DNA of 64,000 nucleotides from an uncultured delta proteobacterium (GCA_963736855.1 CAVTQK010000017.1:64001-128000), one strand, 5' to 3'; positions 10,571 to 22,438 are shown, numbered from the stretch's first letter. The notes: generated by a model from the letters alone, not told the origin. Numbers and translations: made by a program.

Positions 10571-11704
10571 ATGAAACGAAAACCGGTTTTGGCAGCAAGG
10601 ACGGCGATACCATGTTTGTTGACCATGGTGTTCCTGATATCCTGCGTTGGAACCTCCCCGATGCAAAAGCGGGCCGTAACCCCAGAAGATCCTTATCGTC
10701 TGACCATTAAATATCTTGAGGATCTGAAACACGGCAATGACAACGAAAGAACCGAAGCGGCCTGGAAACTCGGCGAACCCTGGATGAAACGCACGCCGGA
10801 AGTGGTGCCGGCTTTGATTGGCGCACTCAGGGATTTCTGTCCAAAAGTGCGCGCCAATGCCGCCGGGGCATTATCCAGAATGGGTGAAGATGCCCGGCCG
10901 GCGGAAAACGCCTTGAAGGAAGTATTAGACGATCCCTATGGGCAAACCGTGCTGAATGCGGCCATTGCGCTGCGCAGCTTGAACATAATCGACAAGGAAT
11001 TGATCCCGGCTGTACGAAAGGTTTTGCATGATCAAAAAGGCACTTCGCGGGTTGGTGCTGTCAGTTTACTGCGAAAAATGGGAATCCAGAGCCGAGAGAC
11101 CTTTTCTGTTTTAGTATCGGCGCTTTCGGATCCGGCCGCCGAAGCCCGTAAAGACGCTTTGAAAGAGATCATTGAAATGAAGCTTAAGCCGGTTCCAAAA
11201 GAAATGGTGGGTCCTGTTATCGGATTGCTGAAAGACAGTGACGAAGGGATCCGCTGTGACGCTGCTATTTTTCTGGGAAACAGCCACATCCCCATCATCG
11301 AAGCCAAGGATCCCTTGATTGAAGCTTTAAATGACTCTTCCGATACGGTTGTCGGGTTTGTCGCCAGGGCCTTGGGGGTTTATGGACCCTCAGCCAAAGA
11401 TGCCGTGCCGAAGCTTTTTCGGATTCTCAATACCACCCGGGACGAACATACCAAGGTCAACATTTGCGAGGCCCTGGGTCGAATCGGATCTCCCAAGGAA
11501 AAAATTGCAGATGTGCTGGTCGGATTCCTGTCATCAGACCCAAATTCCCGCACTCGAGTCGCAGCCGCCTGCGCCCTGAGAGATCTAAAGTATAATGAAA
11601 AAGGTGTGATGGATGCGTTGAAAAAGGCGTCGACCCAGGATCCGGATCCATCGGTTCGGGCTTTATCTTCCGTTGCCCTGAAACAATTGGAAGGAAAAAA
11701 ATAA
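10571..11704 (+). CDS. HEAT/PBS-lyase repeat lipoprotein
   Basis: Lipobox LISC; repeated VPALIGALRD..PKVRANAAGAL units. Confidence 0.85.
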   Translation: MKRKPVLAARTAIPCLLTMVFLISCVGTSPMQKRAVTPEDPYRLTIKYLEDLKHGNDNERTEAAWKLGEPWMKRTPEVVPALIGALRDFCPKVRANAAGALSRMGEDARPAENALKEVLDDPYGQTVLNAAIALRSLNIIDKELIPAVRKVLHDQKGTSRVGAVSLLRKMGIQSRETFSVLVSALSDPAAEARKDALKEIIEMKLKPVPKEMVGPVIGLLKDSDEGIRCDAAIFLGNSHIPIIEAKDPLIEALNDSSDTVVGFVARALGVYGPSAKDAVPKLFRILNTTRDEHTKVNICEALGRIGSPKEKIADVLVGFLSSDPNSRTRVAAACALRDLKYNEKGVMDALKKASTQDPDPSVRALSSVALKQLEGKK

Positions 11705-12121
11705 AAGCGGGTTGAAAGCGGCATTAATCGGATGACCTCTCGAATCCGCCGCATTTTTCCGCTTCGCTATTCAGCGTAAGGGCGCCCACCCAGGTCGCTA
11801 CTCTGCCTGCTGACCGGTGTAATGCCGAGTCGATGGCAGTTTTTTAAAAATTGAAATAAAAAACCAGCCAAAAGCGAATTAGCTGCCTATGCTCAAATCA
11901 GCCAAATATTCAATAAGATGCCGATGAAATTTCTATTGACAGTTCATCCGCCTTTACATACTTAGAGACCCGTCGGCCACGACATAGTATGCTTCCATAT
12001 CCTGGGCCCCAGAGAATGGCAAAACACAATCCATGGTTTTGCTTAATACGCCCATAAATAAGTGAATGCTTATCAATTGGAGCGCACCGTTCCGATTCCT
12101 GGAGAGCAGCGGAGAAGGTCT

Positions 12122-14839
12122 ATGGCGGAAACACCCTGGCATGTGTTGGGACCGGATGCCGTCCTGAAGGAGTTGGAGACCGATCTCCTCACGGGTCTCA
12201 GCGATAGAGAAGCTTCGACGCGCGTCGAGAAATTCGGATACAACGAACTGAAGCGGGAAGAACACACTTCATCGCTCGCTCTCTTTTTTAACCAGTTTAA
12301 AAACATCCTCATCATTATTCTGCTTGTGACGTCCATTCTCTCAATCCTGGTGGGGGAGGTTCTGGACGCCGTCCTCATTTTGGTCATCGTGATTTTTTGC
12401 GCCGTCCTGGGTTTCATTCAGGAGTATCGGGCAGAACGGGCATTGGAGGCCCTCAAGGGCATGCTTGCACCGACCATCACCGTCCTTCGCGAGAGCAGTG
12501 AAAGAGAAATCCCCTCCAAGGAACTCGTCCCGGGCGACATCATGATTCTTGAAGCGGGAGATAAAATTCCTGCCGATGCCAGGCTGGTTCAGGTCTATTC
12601 ATTGAAATGTGACGAAGCTTCTCTGACAGGAGAGTCCATCCCTGTGGCGAAGCGTGTGGAAGGCGTAGCCCGAGAAGTACGCGTCGGTGACCGAAAGAAT
12701 ATAGTTTATGCGGGCACATCGGTAAGCTATGGCAGGGGCAGGGCGGTGGTGGTTGCCACAGGAATGACGACAGAGTTCGGAAAAATCGCCGAGGAAGTCA
12801 CAACCATCGAAGCGGAAAAAACGCCCTTGGAAAAAAGGACGGAGGAGATAGGCAAATGGCTTGGATTCATGGCGCTGGGAATTTGTGTTATTGTTGCGGG
12901 CGTCAGCGTGGCCAGAGAAGCGCTGGGGGGCAAGGTTGATCTGGGATTCATAGTCACCATCGTTATGTTTTCCATCGCCCTGGCGGTGGCGGCGGTTCCC
13001 GAAGCGCTGCCCGCCATCGTGACCGGCGCCCTGGCTATCGGCATGCATCAAATGGCCAAGAGAAATGCCCTCATCCGCAAAATGCCGGCCGTGGAAACCC
13101 TTGGATGCACAACGGTCATCTGCAGCGATAAGACCGGAACCCTTACCAAAGGGGAGATGACGGTCCGAAAGGTTTTTATGGACGGCAAAACCATAGAGGT
13201 CTCCGGAGCAGGATATTTGCCTGACGGAGAGTTCCGCATGGATGATTCCGCCGGCGTCGTCGAAAATAGGGATCTGCAACTCCTCCTTCTAGGGGGATTG
13301 CTATGCAACGATGCTTCATTGGAACAAAGGGAGGGAAGGTGGCTCATCAAGGGAGATCCTACGGAGGGCGCCCTGATTGTGGCTGCGGCCAAGGCTCGGA
13401 TCGATCAGACTCAAGCCAGACTGGACCATCCCAGATTAGAGGAAATTCCTTTCAGCTCGGAAAGAAAGCGTATGACCACCATTCATCGTATGAAGGACGG
13501 CAAAACAATCGCTTTCATTAAAGGCGCTTCGGAGCTGGTTTTGGAAAGGTGCACCCACGTGTTCTCAAACGGTCAGGTGAGGGAGCTCGAACGGGAAGAA
13601 CGTGAACGGATTCTGAAGGCCAATACGCAGATGGCTCAGGAAGCATTGAGGGTTTTAGGATTTGCTTATCGGGAGCTTTCGCACGCCAGAGGAGTCGGGG
13701 AAGAGGTGGAACAGGAACTCATTTTTACAGGTCTTATGGGAATGATGGATCCGCCTCGAGAAGAAGCCATCGAAGCCATTAAGGTCTGTAAGAACATCCA
13801 TATCAAACCTGTCATGATAACGGGGGACCATAAACTCACCGCTGTGGCCATAGCCAGGGAAATCGGAATTTATCAAGAGGGGGATAAAGTGATCACCGGC
13901 GACGAGCTGGAGAAAATGTCGGTGGACGACCTCGATGACTTCGTGGATCAGGTGACGGTTTACGCACGGGTCTCGCCGACGGATAAGTTGAAGATCGTCA
14001 GGGCCTGGAAAAGAAAAGGGGAAGTGGTTGCCATGACTGGAGACGGCGTGAACGATGCGCCGGCCCTCAAGCATGCCGACATCGGCATTGCCATGGGGAT
14101 CACCGGAACCGATGTGGCCAAAGAGGCCGCTGCTATGGTGCTTAGTGACGATAACTTTGCCACCATCGTCAGTGCCATTGAGCGCGGTCGGTGGATTTAT
14201 GACAACATCAAGAAATACCTGACCTATCTTCTAAGGTGCAACATCACCGAGGTCATTGTCATCGGGGGGACGGTTCTGTTGATGGGGCCGGAATACCTGC
14301 CGTTGCTACCCGCAGCCATCCTGTATATTAATCTGGCAACAGACGGCCTCCCGGCTCTGGCTCTAGGCGTAGCCCCTCCGGATCCGGATATCATGCTGAG
14401 ACCGCCGCGTGATCCCAGGGAAAGCATCTTCACCCGGGATGTGAAAGCGTTCATTGCCCTGGCACTTTTCATCGAGATCCCCTTCTTTTTTTATCTCTTC
14501 TTTCATGACCTTTCGGACATAACACATGCCAGAACGGAAATATTTTTCCTGTTCGTCATCGTTGAACTGGTGATCGCCGTAAACTTTCGTTCCATGCTAT
14601 ACAGCGTCTTCAAGCTGCCCCCCCACAAGTGGTTGCTGGTGGCGATTTTCTGGGAAATTGTTCTTGTCGCCGTCCTGATACAGATCGGCCCCGTAAGAGA
14701 AGCTTTCGGGATATTGAAGCCTGGTGTAAGAGATTTGGCAATCATTGCGGGCTTCAGTGGCGTGGTGTTTTTCTCCATGGAAGTCGTCAAAGCGATTTTG
14801 CGAAGGCGTATGCCGATGGTGAATAGGCCTAAAGTCTAA
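12122..14839 (+). CDS. Cation-translocating P-type ATPase (P2A, Ca2+/PMR1-like)
   Basis: TGES, PEALP, DKTGTLT, MITGD, TGDGVNDAPAL, INLATDGLPALAL. Confidence 0.95.
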   Translation: MAETPWHVLGPDAVLKELETDLLTGLSDREASTRVEKFGYNELKREEHTSSLALFFNQFKNILIIILLVTSILSILVGEVLDAVLILVIVIFCAVLGFIQEYRAERALEALKGMLAPTITVLRESSEREIPSKELVPGDIMILEAGDKIPADARLVQVYSLKCDEASLTGESIPVAKRVEGVAREVRVGDRKNIVYAGTSVSYGRGRAVVVATGMTTEFGKIAEEVTTIEAEKTPLEKRTEEIGKWLGFMALGICVIVAGVSVAREALGGKVDLGFIVTIVMFSIALAVAAVPEALPAIVTGALAIGMHQMAKRNALIRKMPAVETLGCTTVICSDKTGTLTKGEMTVRKVFMDGKTIEVSGAGYLPDGEFRMDDSAGVVENRDLQLLLLGGLLCNDASLEQREGRWLIKGDPTEGALIVAAAKARIDQTQARLDHPRLEEIPFSSERKRMTTIHRMKDGKTIAFIKGASELVLERCTHVFSNGQVRELEREERERILKANTQMAQEALRVLGFAYRELSHARGVGEEVEQELIFTGLMGMMDPPREEAIEAIKVCKNIHIKPVMITGDHKLTAVAIAREIGIYQEGDKVITGDELEKMSVDDLDDFVDQVTVYARVSPTDKLKIVRAWKRKGEVVAMTGDGVNDAPALKHADIGIAMGITGTDVAKEAAAMVLSDDNFATIVSAIERGRWIYDNIKKYLTYLLRCNITEVIVIGGTVLLMGPEYLPLLPAAILYINLATDGLPALALGVAPPDPDIMLRPPRDPRESIFTRDVKAFIALALFIEIPFFFYLFFHDLSDITHARTEIFFLFVIVELVIAVNFRSMLYSVFKLPPHKWLLVAIFWEIVLVAVLIQIGPVREAFGILKPGVRDLAIIAGFSGVVFFSMEVVKAILRRRMPMVNRPKV

Positions 14840-15078
14840 GTCGGCGGGGAGATCATCGGTCAGTCTTAATTCGCATACCGGGAGATACGACTATCAGGAC
14901 GCTATAGGTCATTGATAATATCTTTAGGCGAAGTTGCGAAACCTCCTTCAATTTTTTCCTGATAAATTCATGCATCAGCTCTTTTTAGTTCCTATCCTTT
15001 GTTGGTACTAAATTTTTTCCTGAACTCCCGATAACCACAAACTATAATTAACGACTTACCCTTATTTTGACTTTGTGC

Positions 15079-15120
15079 TTGACACATAGTTATATTATGG
15101 CTAAAATGTAATCACATTTT
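15079..15120 (+). promoter_or_regulatory. Predicted bam operon sigma70 promoter with overlapping operator palindrome
   Basis: TTGACA-N17-TAAAAT; AAAATGT-AATC-ACATTTT spans the -10 box and predicted start site. Confidence 0.6.
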
Positions 15121-15455
15121 CTGGACGAAAAAAGAACAAAAATTCCAAATTGATCGTAAACTCAATGTTAAATCAACATATTGCATTCCTTCAGAACTTT
15201 GGGGTGCCTAAGGTGTTAAAATAAATACAAAACAAAAAAAGTGGCCGAGAATCTTGCATCCTTCGTCTAGCCTGAAGAACAATGGATGGAGAGGATATAA
15301 TCGTGAAATAGCGTGGCAAAGCGGCCGAGCAAAATGGTTTCGATACAACCCGTGCAGAGAAGGCGATCGGCAACGGGATTCGATGGATGGTTTCTTAGGC
15401 TTTAAAGGCAGCGCCGACGATTATAGGGCAGCTTGAATTCAAGGGGTAAAATAAA

Positions 15456-17467
15456 ATGAGGTATGCAGAGACAGGGTTTAATTTAGAAGTAGATCTATCT
15501 AAAGGAAACATTGAGAGGGTGGAAACCGATCCAAGAGACACCGAGCTTTATCTGGGAGGCTTAGGAACAAACGCAAAGATATTATGGGATCGGGTTCCCC
15601 CTGAAGTTGAACCTTTTTCTCCCGAAAACCTACTGATATTCGGCGCAGGTCTTTTATGCGGTACGCCGGCCACAGGATGTAATCGTACGATTGTTTCTAC
15701 TTTTTCCCCTCAGACTCGGTTGATGGCATTTTCAATGATGGGAGGATTTTGGGCCCCGGAATTGAAACATGCCGGTTATGACAAAGTGATCATTCGGGGC
15801 AAGTCCCCCAACCTGGTTTATCTTGTGGATCAATAATAATAAAGTCGAGATTCGTGATGCTTCTCATTTGCATGGAAAAGGAGCGGTTGAAACCGCAGAA
15901 CTCATTAAAAAGGAGCTGAAGGAGCCGAGAGCACAGGTAGCGGCTATCGGCCTGGCAGGTGAAAACAGGGTCTATTTTGCCTCTATCGAGCAGGGCAGGT
16001 CCAGTGCCAGCCGAGGAGGAATAGGCGCCGTTATGGGAGATAAAGGGTTAAAGGCGATAGTTGTTCGTGGAACAAAAGACATCAATGTTGCCCGACCGGC
16101 TGAATACATGGAGCTCTGTAACGAAGTGCTGAAGTACATCAAATGGCGCAACGAAAATCCCGTTCCAGGGGTCATGCCTATTTTAGCCGGGCTTGGGTCG
16201 CCGCAGGAGATGAAAGTTCATGACGAGAAGTGGCATACCGAGAATTTCATGTGGGGCAATTCCCGTGTCCGCAGAAAGGATTTCTGGAACGAAGAGATCG
16301 CAAAGGACTGGATGGAGACCATGGAAAACATGCGGACACGGCTGATCAGCTGCTATAACTGTCCGATGAGATGCGGAGCAACCATTTCCCCTCCGGGGCG
16401 TCCAACATACATGATGAAATGCTTCTCAAAACTGACTTATACCATGGCGGCCTTTTCAGACCTGGAATTTGGTTTGGGAATCGCTCAAAGTGCTACGGAA
16501 TATGGAGTAGACGGTTTTTCAACCCCGCAGGTGATGGCTTTTGCCCTTGAGCTTCTCGAAAACGGAATACTGACCGATGATGACTTTCCGGGAATGCCGT
16601 CCGATAATGAGGGGAGATTTTATTGGTTGCTGGACAGGATTGTCCGCCGGGAAGGGATCGGAGATGTCCTGGCCAATGGCACCTATTGGGCCGCAAGACA
16701 GATCGGCAAGGGCGCGGAAACCTATGCCCATAATACCATCAAGAAACATGAGCAGCTCCCTCTTAAGCTGTCCATGCTGAATCCCATGTATTTTCTCATG
16801 TATGCTACCGGAGAGAAGATGAATATTACTCAAATAGAGGGACAGTTCCCCCAGGCTCCTTTTGCTGACGAAAGAGGAAAGAGAAGCATTTGTGAAGGAT
16901 TGGTTCCAGGTCCCTGATGAGAAGTTCAAGAAGATCTTGTTGGATTGGGAACTGCGCGGAGAAAAATCAATTCCCTATTACCCGACACCGGAAATGTGTT
17001 GCGACATCGTGGATTGGCAGGAAAAAATGCACTACATCGATGACGCCCTCGGAATGTGCGCCGGTTTATCATCATTTCCCCTGAAGCCTCCCTATCATAT
17101 ACACAATTATCCGAAATTCATCTCTGCAGGGGTCGGCATCGAAATGGATGAAGAAAAATTGACACAGGCCGTCAGGAGATACCGGACGTTGGTGAGGGCC
17201 AATAATACCCGAAGAGGCATGCGGAGAAAAGACGAGAAGCCGCCGGCGGACCATTGGAAGAAACGATTTCCAGAGCTTGAGGAGAAGCTTCTCGATACGT
17301 ATTACCAATTCAAGGGGTGGAATAAACAGGGTATCCCTACCAAAGAGACACTGCATCAACTGGGGTTGGATTACGTATTTGAAGACTTTAAAAAGAGGGG
17401 GGTTTATTCAGATAATGGAGATGCCTCCACACAGGAGACCTCGACGGAAAAAGAGAAGGAGGCTTAG
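15456..17467 (+). CDS. bamB: Class II benzoyl-CoA reductase W-pterin subunit BamB (AOR family), split into 3 ORFs by two extra bases near 15822 and 16864
   Basis: MRYAETG start; GSPQEMKVHDEKWHTENF, YMMKCFSKLTY, EGQFPQAPF, PPADHWKKRFPELE; followed by bamC-F. Confidence 0.9.
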
Positions 17468-17469
17468 CC

Positions 17470-18003
17470 GTGGGCGAGAAAAAAAAGAGGATCATTAAGA
17501 CCATCAAGGTGGATGCCGACAAATGCAATGGGTGCCGGGCCTGCGAAGTGATCTGCTCGGCCTTTCACGCTCAGCCAAAGTACAGCAGCAATAACCCGGC
17601 TAGGTCTCGGATTCGGATAGTTCGTGATCCTCTCAGGGACATATATGTTCCTATACACGCGGGTGAGTATACTGCCGCAGAATGCATGGGCAGAGACAAA
17701 TATGTGGTTGACGGAAAGGAATACGACGAGTGTGCCTTCTGTAGAGCTGCCTGCCCATCCAGGGACATCTTCAAAGAGCCTGACTCCGGCCTACCGCTTA
17801 AATGTGATATGTGTGAGGGTGAAGAGGAGCCCTTGTGTGTGAAGTGGTGCCTGGTGGATGCCCTGACGTATGAAGAAAGGGAAGAGGAAGTCGAAGAAAT
17901 GGAGGCGCAGAAGGATCTGGATATCGGACTGGATTCACTCGCGAAGAAGTATGGGGTGCAGGAACTCATGGATGCTGTTGCCCGGATGTCGATGAAGTCA
18001 TAG
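17470..18003 (+). CDS. bamC: BamC, 4Fe-4S electron-transfer subunit
   Basis: CNGCRACEVICSAFH, CAFCRAACPSRD, KCDMC, CVKWC. Confidence 0.9.
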   Translation: MGEKKKRIIKTIKVDADKCNGCRACEVICSAFHAQPKYSSNNPARSRIRIVRDPLRDIYVPIHAGEYTAAECMGRDKYVVDGKEYDECAFCRAACPSRDIFKEPDSGLPLKCDMCEGEEEPLCVKWCLVDALTYEEREEEVEEMEAQKDLDIGLDSLAKKYGVQELMDAVARMSMKS

Positions 18004-18039
18004 CTCGTTCAGGCCAAAAGAAGAGGATCAATAAATACA

Positions 18040-19191
18040 GTGGAGAATGTAGCCGATTTCAAAGAGATCGCAGATGTCATCAAGGCGAGCGGTGGGGATG
18101 CCTTCAAGAGATGCTTTCAATGCGGATTGTGCGATGTGGTCTGCCCGTGGAACCGGGTGCGTAACTTCAGTATGCGCAAGCTTGTCAGGCAGGCGACTTT
18201 CGGCATGACGGATATTGAAAGCGAAGATATATGGCGTTGTACGACATGCGGAAGATGTCCTCAGCACTGCCCCAGAGACGTCCAACAGATACAATCCGGA
18301 ATCGCCCTGCGAAGGATCGCCACGGAATATGGCATTTTTCCTAAGGGAGTCCAGCCGATCCGCACCATAAGAGGAAGTCTGGTCGGCGAAGGGAATACCT
18401 TAAGTGAAGAACGGGCAAAGAGGGGGGATTGGGCCAAGGGGCTTCCCGTAAAGACCTTCACCGAGGGGACGGATATTTTGTATTTTCCCGGTTGCTATCC
18501 CTGCTATGACCCCAGGTTAAAAAAGGTGGCTGTTGCCACAGCCACTATCCTTAACAAGGCAGGAGTTGATTTCGGCATACTGGGTCCCAAGGAGAACTGC
18601 TGCGGAGAAAGCATTCGAAAAACGGGCGAGGAGGAATTGTTCAAGCGACTCGCCAGGGAGAACATCAAGACTTTCATCGATCATGGAGTGAAGAAGATAC
18701 TTGTTTCTTCCCCCCATTGCTACCATACCTTTAAAAATGAATATCCCGATTTTATGGTGAAATTTGAGGTGATCCATATCTCCCAATATTTATTTGAGCT
18801 GATCCACGAGGGAAGACTTGAGATTAAAAAGGAGTACGCCAGGAAAGTGACCTATCATGATCCCTGTTACCTGGGAAGACATAACGGCATCTATGACGAA
18901 CCCCGGGAGATTCTTAGGAGTGTACCCGGTTTGAACCTGAATGAGATGCCTGACAATAGAGTCGATAGTTTTTGCTGCGGAGCGGGAGGAGGCAGAGTTT
19001 GGATGGAGACTCAGAAGGGTGAAAGGTTTTCAGACCTCAGAATAGAACAGGCTTTGGGAGTCGGAGCCGAGGTCCTGGCTACCTGCTGCCCATATTGCAT
19101 TACCATGTTTGAAGACAGCAGAATCACTATGAGCGTAGATGAAAAGATTGAGATTAAAGACATCACGGAGATCATAAAGGAAGTTATTTAG
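18040..19191 (+). CDS. bamD: BamD, HdrD-like CCG-domain Fe-S protein
   Basis: CFQCGLCDVVCPW, CTTCGRC, NCCGE, YHDPCYLGR, CCGAGGG. Confidence 0.88.
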   Translation: MENVADFKEIADVIKASGGDAFKRCFQCGLCDVVCPWNRVRNFSMRKLVRQATFGMTDIESEDIWRCTTCGRCPQHCPRDVQQIQSGIALRRIATEYGIFPKGVQPIRTIRGSLVGEGNTLSEERAKRGDWAKGLPVKTFTEGTDILYFPGCYPCYDPRLKKVAVATATILNKAGVDFGILGPKENCCGESIRKTGEEELFKRLARENIKTFIDHGVKKILVSSPHCYHTFKNEYPDFMVKFEVIHISQYLFELIHEGRLEIKKEYARKVTYHDPCYLGRHNGIYDEPREILRSVPGLNLNEMPDNRVDSFCCGAGGGRVWMETQKGERFSDLRIEQALGVGAEVLATCCPYCITMFEDSRITMSVDEKIEIKDITEIIKEVI

Positions 19192-19253
19192 GATAGTTGC
19201 GGCTTTGACTCGCGCGGACGATAAGGATAAAAATCCTGGTGAGGGGATAAAAC

Positions 19254-22200
19254 GTGGAAACAGAACTGCTGAGAGAAAAGGTTCAACAACTTCGGAAAGG
19301 CCGAGGAGACGGCCACTTCGGAGACGTCATGGTTGTCGGCGGCGGGATCAGCGGCATTCAGGCCTCGCTCGATCTTGCCACGGCGGGTTTCAAGGTCTAC
19401 CTGGTGGAGAAATCGCCTGCCATCGGCGGGCATATGGCCCAGCTTGACAAGACCTATCCCACCAATGACTGCTCCATGTGAATTCTCTCTCCGAAACTGG
19501 TCGAGGTCGGCCGGCATCCGAATATAGAGGTTTTCACCTACACCGAAGTGGACAGGCTGGAGGGGGATGCAGGGAATTTTAAGGTAACCCTGATCAAGAA
19601 GCCCCGATATATCAAGGAGGATAAATGCACAGGGTGCGGCACCTGTGTGCAATATTGCCCGGTTCAATACCCTGATCCATTCAATCAGGAGATATCCAAG
19701 AATAAAGCAGTGCATATATATTTCTCTCAGGCCATTCCCCTGATCTCTTACATTGATCAAAGCTGCCTTTACCTGAAGGAGAAGAAGTGCCGCATCTGTG
19801 AAGCGGTCTGTCAGAATAAAGCAGTTGATCTTGAGCAACAGCCGGAAAAGATAGAAATAAAGGTAGGGGCGATTCTTTTGTCTCCCGGCTATGAACCGTT
19901 CGACCCCAAGGTAAAGGGCGACTATGGCTACGGCAAGTATGCGAACGTGGTCACCAGCCTCGACTTTGAGCGTCTTCTATGCGCCACCGGACCCTATGAA
20001 GGGGAGATCCTGCGGGCGTCCGACAAGAGGCATCCCCATAAGATCGCCTGGATTCAATGTGTGGGTTCGAGACGCGTAACGCCGGGCGATAACAGCTATT
20101 GTTCTGCGGTTTGCTGCACCTACACCCAGAAACAGGTGATCCTGACAAAAGAGCATGACGCATCGGCCGAGTGTACTATTTTCCATAATGATATCCGCTC
20201 GTACGGTAAGGATTTTGAGCCATACTACCAGAGAACAGCGCAGCTTCCCGGAATCCGGTTTATCAGAAGCTACACATCCGTTGTTGGAGAGGTCCCGGAA
20301 ACAAAGAATCTCGTGGTAAGGTATTCGACCCCCGACGAGGGCGTCAAAGAGGAAGAATTCGAAATGGTGGTATTGTCCATTGGATTAAATTCTCCTGCTG
20401 ACGCAACAGCACTGGCGGATCGCTTCGGTATCGATCTCAATTCACACGGATTCTGTCAAGCCGATCCTTCAAATCTGATGGAAACCTCCAGGCAGGGAAT
20501 CTTTGTAAGCGGCGCCTTCCAAGGCCCTATGGATATCCCCGAATCGGTTTTTTCTGCCAGCGGGGCTGGGGCTCAATGCGGTCAATTCCTTGACTACCGG
20601 CGAGGGAAACTGACTAAAGAGAGGATCTATCCGGCTGAAAGGGATGTCTCTAAAGAAGAGCCCCGGATCGGTGTCTTTGTATGCCATTGCGGCGCCAATA
20701 TCGGAAGAATCGTCAATGTTCCCAGTACAGTAGAGTATGCCTTGACCCTGCCCCATGTGGTTTATGCACAGGAACAGCTCTTCTCCTGCGCGACCAATTC
20801 CGCCAAACAAATAACGGATATGATCAAGGAAAAGGGGCTTAACCGGGTGGTGGTCGCTGCCTGCTCGCCCAGGACCCTTGAACCGTTATTCCGGGACACC
20901 CTTCGGGAGGCAGGAATCAACCAGTATTTCTACGAAATGGCAAATATCAGAGAGCATGACTCCTGGGTCCATTCCAAAGAACCGGAAGAGGCTACCCAGA
21001 AGGCAAAGGACATCGTCCGCATGTCGGTCGCCCGATGCGCCCTTTTAGAGCCGTTGCAGGAGATTGATCTGCCGGTTAACAAGACCGGGCTGGTGGTGGG
21101 CGGCGGCATCGCCGGCATGACGTGCGCCCTCTCCATAGCCAACCAGGGACATGACGTTCACCTGGTGGAAAAGGACAAAGACTTGGGGGGGATGGCCAGG
21201 AGAATCCACACCACCCTGGAAGGATTGGATGTTCAGGCCTATCTGCGAGATCTGGTGCGCAAGGTCTATCAGCACCCCCTGATCCATGTCTTTACGGACG
21301 CTGTGATTACGGATGCGACCGGTTATGTAGGAAATTTCGTCACCAAGGTGATGTCGGACAGAGGGGCTACGGAGATCAAACATGGGGCTACGGTCATCGC
21401 TATTGGTGCGGATGAATACAAGCCGACCGAATACCTTTATGGACAAGATGAGAGGGTCCTTACCCTCCTGGAGCTGGAGGAGCGAATCGCCAGGAGAGAA
21501 GAAAAGGTGGTCGACGCCCAGTGCCTGGTGATGATTCAGTGCGTCGGGTGCCGCAATGAAGACCGAAATTACTGTAGCCGGGTATGCTGCAGTCAGGCCA
21601 TCAAAAACGCCTTGAGACTGAAAGATATCCATCCCGAGATGGATATCTATATCCTCTTTCGGGATATGAGAACCTATGGCTTGAAAGAGGACTATTATCG
21701 GGATGCGTCCAACAAGGATGTCAAGTTTATCCTCTGGGAACCCGAGAATAAACCTCGGGTAGAGGCCGCAATGGCGGAAGGGAGGCCTGTCTTGAGGGTA
21801 ACCGTGACCGATCCCATTTTAGGAGAGGAACTTGCCATCGATGCCGAAATCCTTGCTTTGGCCGCTGCCGTCATACCGCCTGCAGCAAATCGGGAGATAG
21901 CGCGATTCTTCAAGGTCTCTCTGGGACCGGATAATTTTTTTAAAGAGGCCCATGTCAAATTAAGACCTGTCGATTTTTCCGCAGATGGTATTTTCCTATG
22001 CGGGACTGCTCATTATCCCAAGCACATTTCGGAAGCGATTAACCAGGCGTATGGAGCGGCAGGGCGGGCTTTAACCCTTCTCTCCAATGATGTCGTCACA
22101 GTCTCAGGCTCTGTCTGCGAGGTGAATGAGAAGAAGTGTATCGGATGCGGGGCGTGTATATCCGCCTGTACATACGGTGCTATTGAATATCGTGAAACAA

Positions 22201-22388
22201 GACAGGGCAAAAAGGCTGCTGTTAATCCTGTCATCTGTAAAGGAGATGGTCTTTGTAATGCAAAATGTCCAACAGGGGCTATTTCACTCAAGCATTTCAC
22301 GGATGAAGAGCTTTTAAGCCAAATTGATGCGGCGATTCCAGGGGAAGAGATCCTGCAACAACTTGATGCGGCGGTTGGAGACGTTTAA
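19254..22388 (+). CDS. bamE: BamE, HdrA-like flavoprotein with selenocysteine (UGA 19479-19481)
   Basis: The 75-aa and 946-aa ORFs are in frame: [28 protein letters not shown], with U at the conserved HdrA Cys/Sec site; two GGG.xG FAD motifs; hairpin after the UGA. Confidence 0.9.
19497..19514 (+). promoter_or_regulatory. Putative SECIS hairpin of bamE
   Basis: CUGGUCG-AGGU-CGGCCGG stem-loop starting 16 nt after the UGA, with G in the loop. Confidence 0.6.
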
Positions 22389-22438
22389 AGGTATAAAAAT
22401 GGATCTGGTCGGAATTACTTTGAAAAAGGTGAAAACGA

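Noticed and set aside
15282..15450. Pyrrolysine read-through of two in-frame TAG codons
   Set aside because: No recognisable protein family and no pyl genes in the window
15456..17467. bamB as a true pseudogene or programmed frameshift
   Set aside because: All motifs are intact and the same single-base insertion pattern recurs in unrelated genes, so error is more likely
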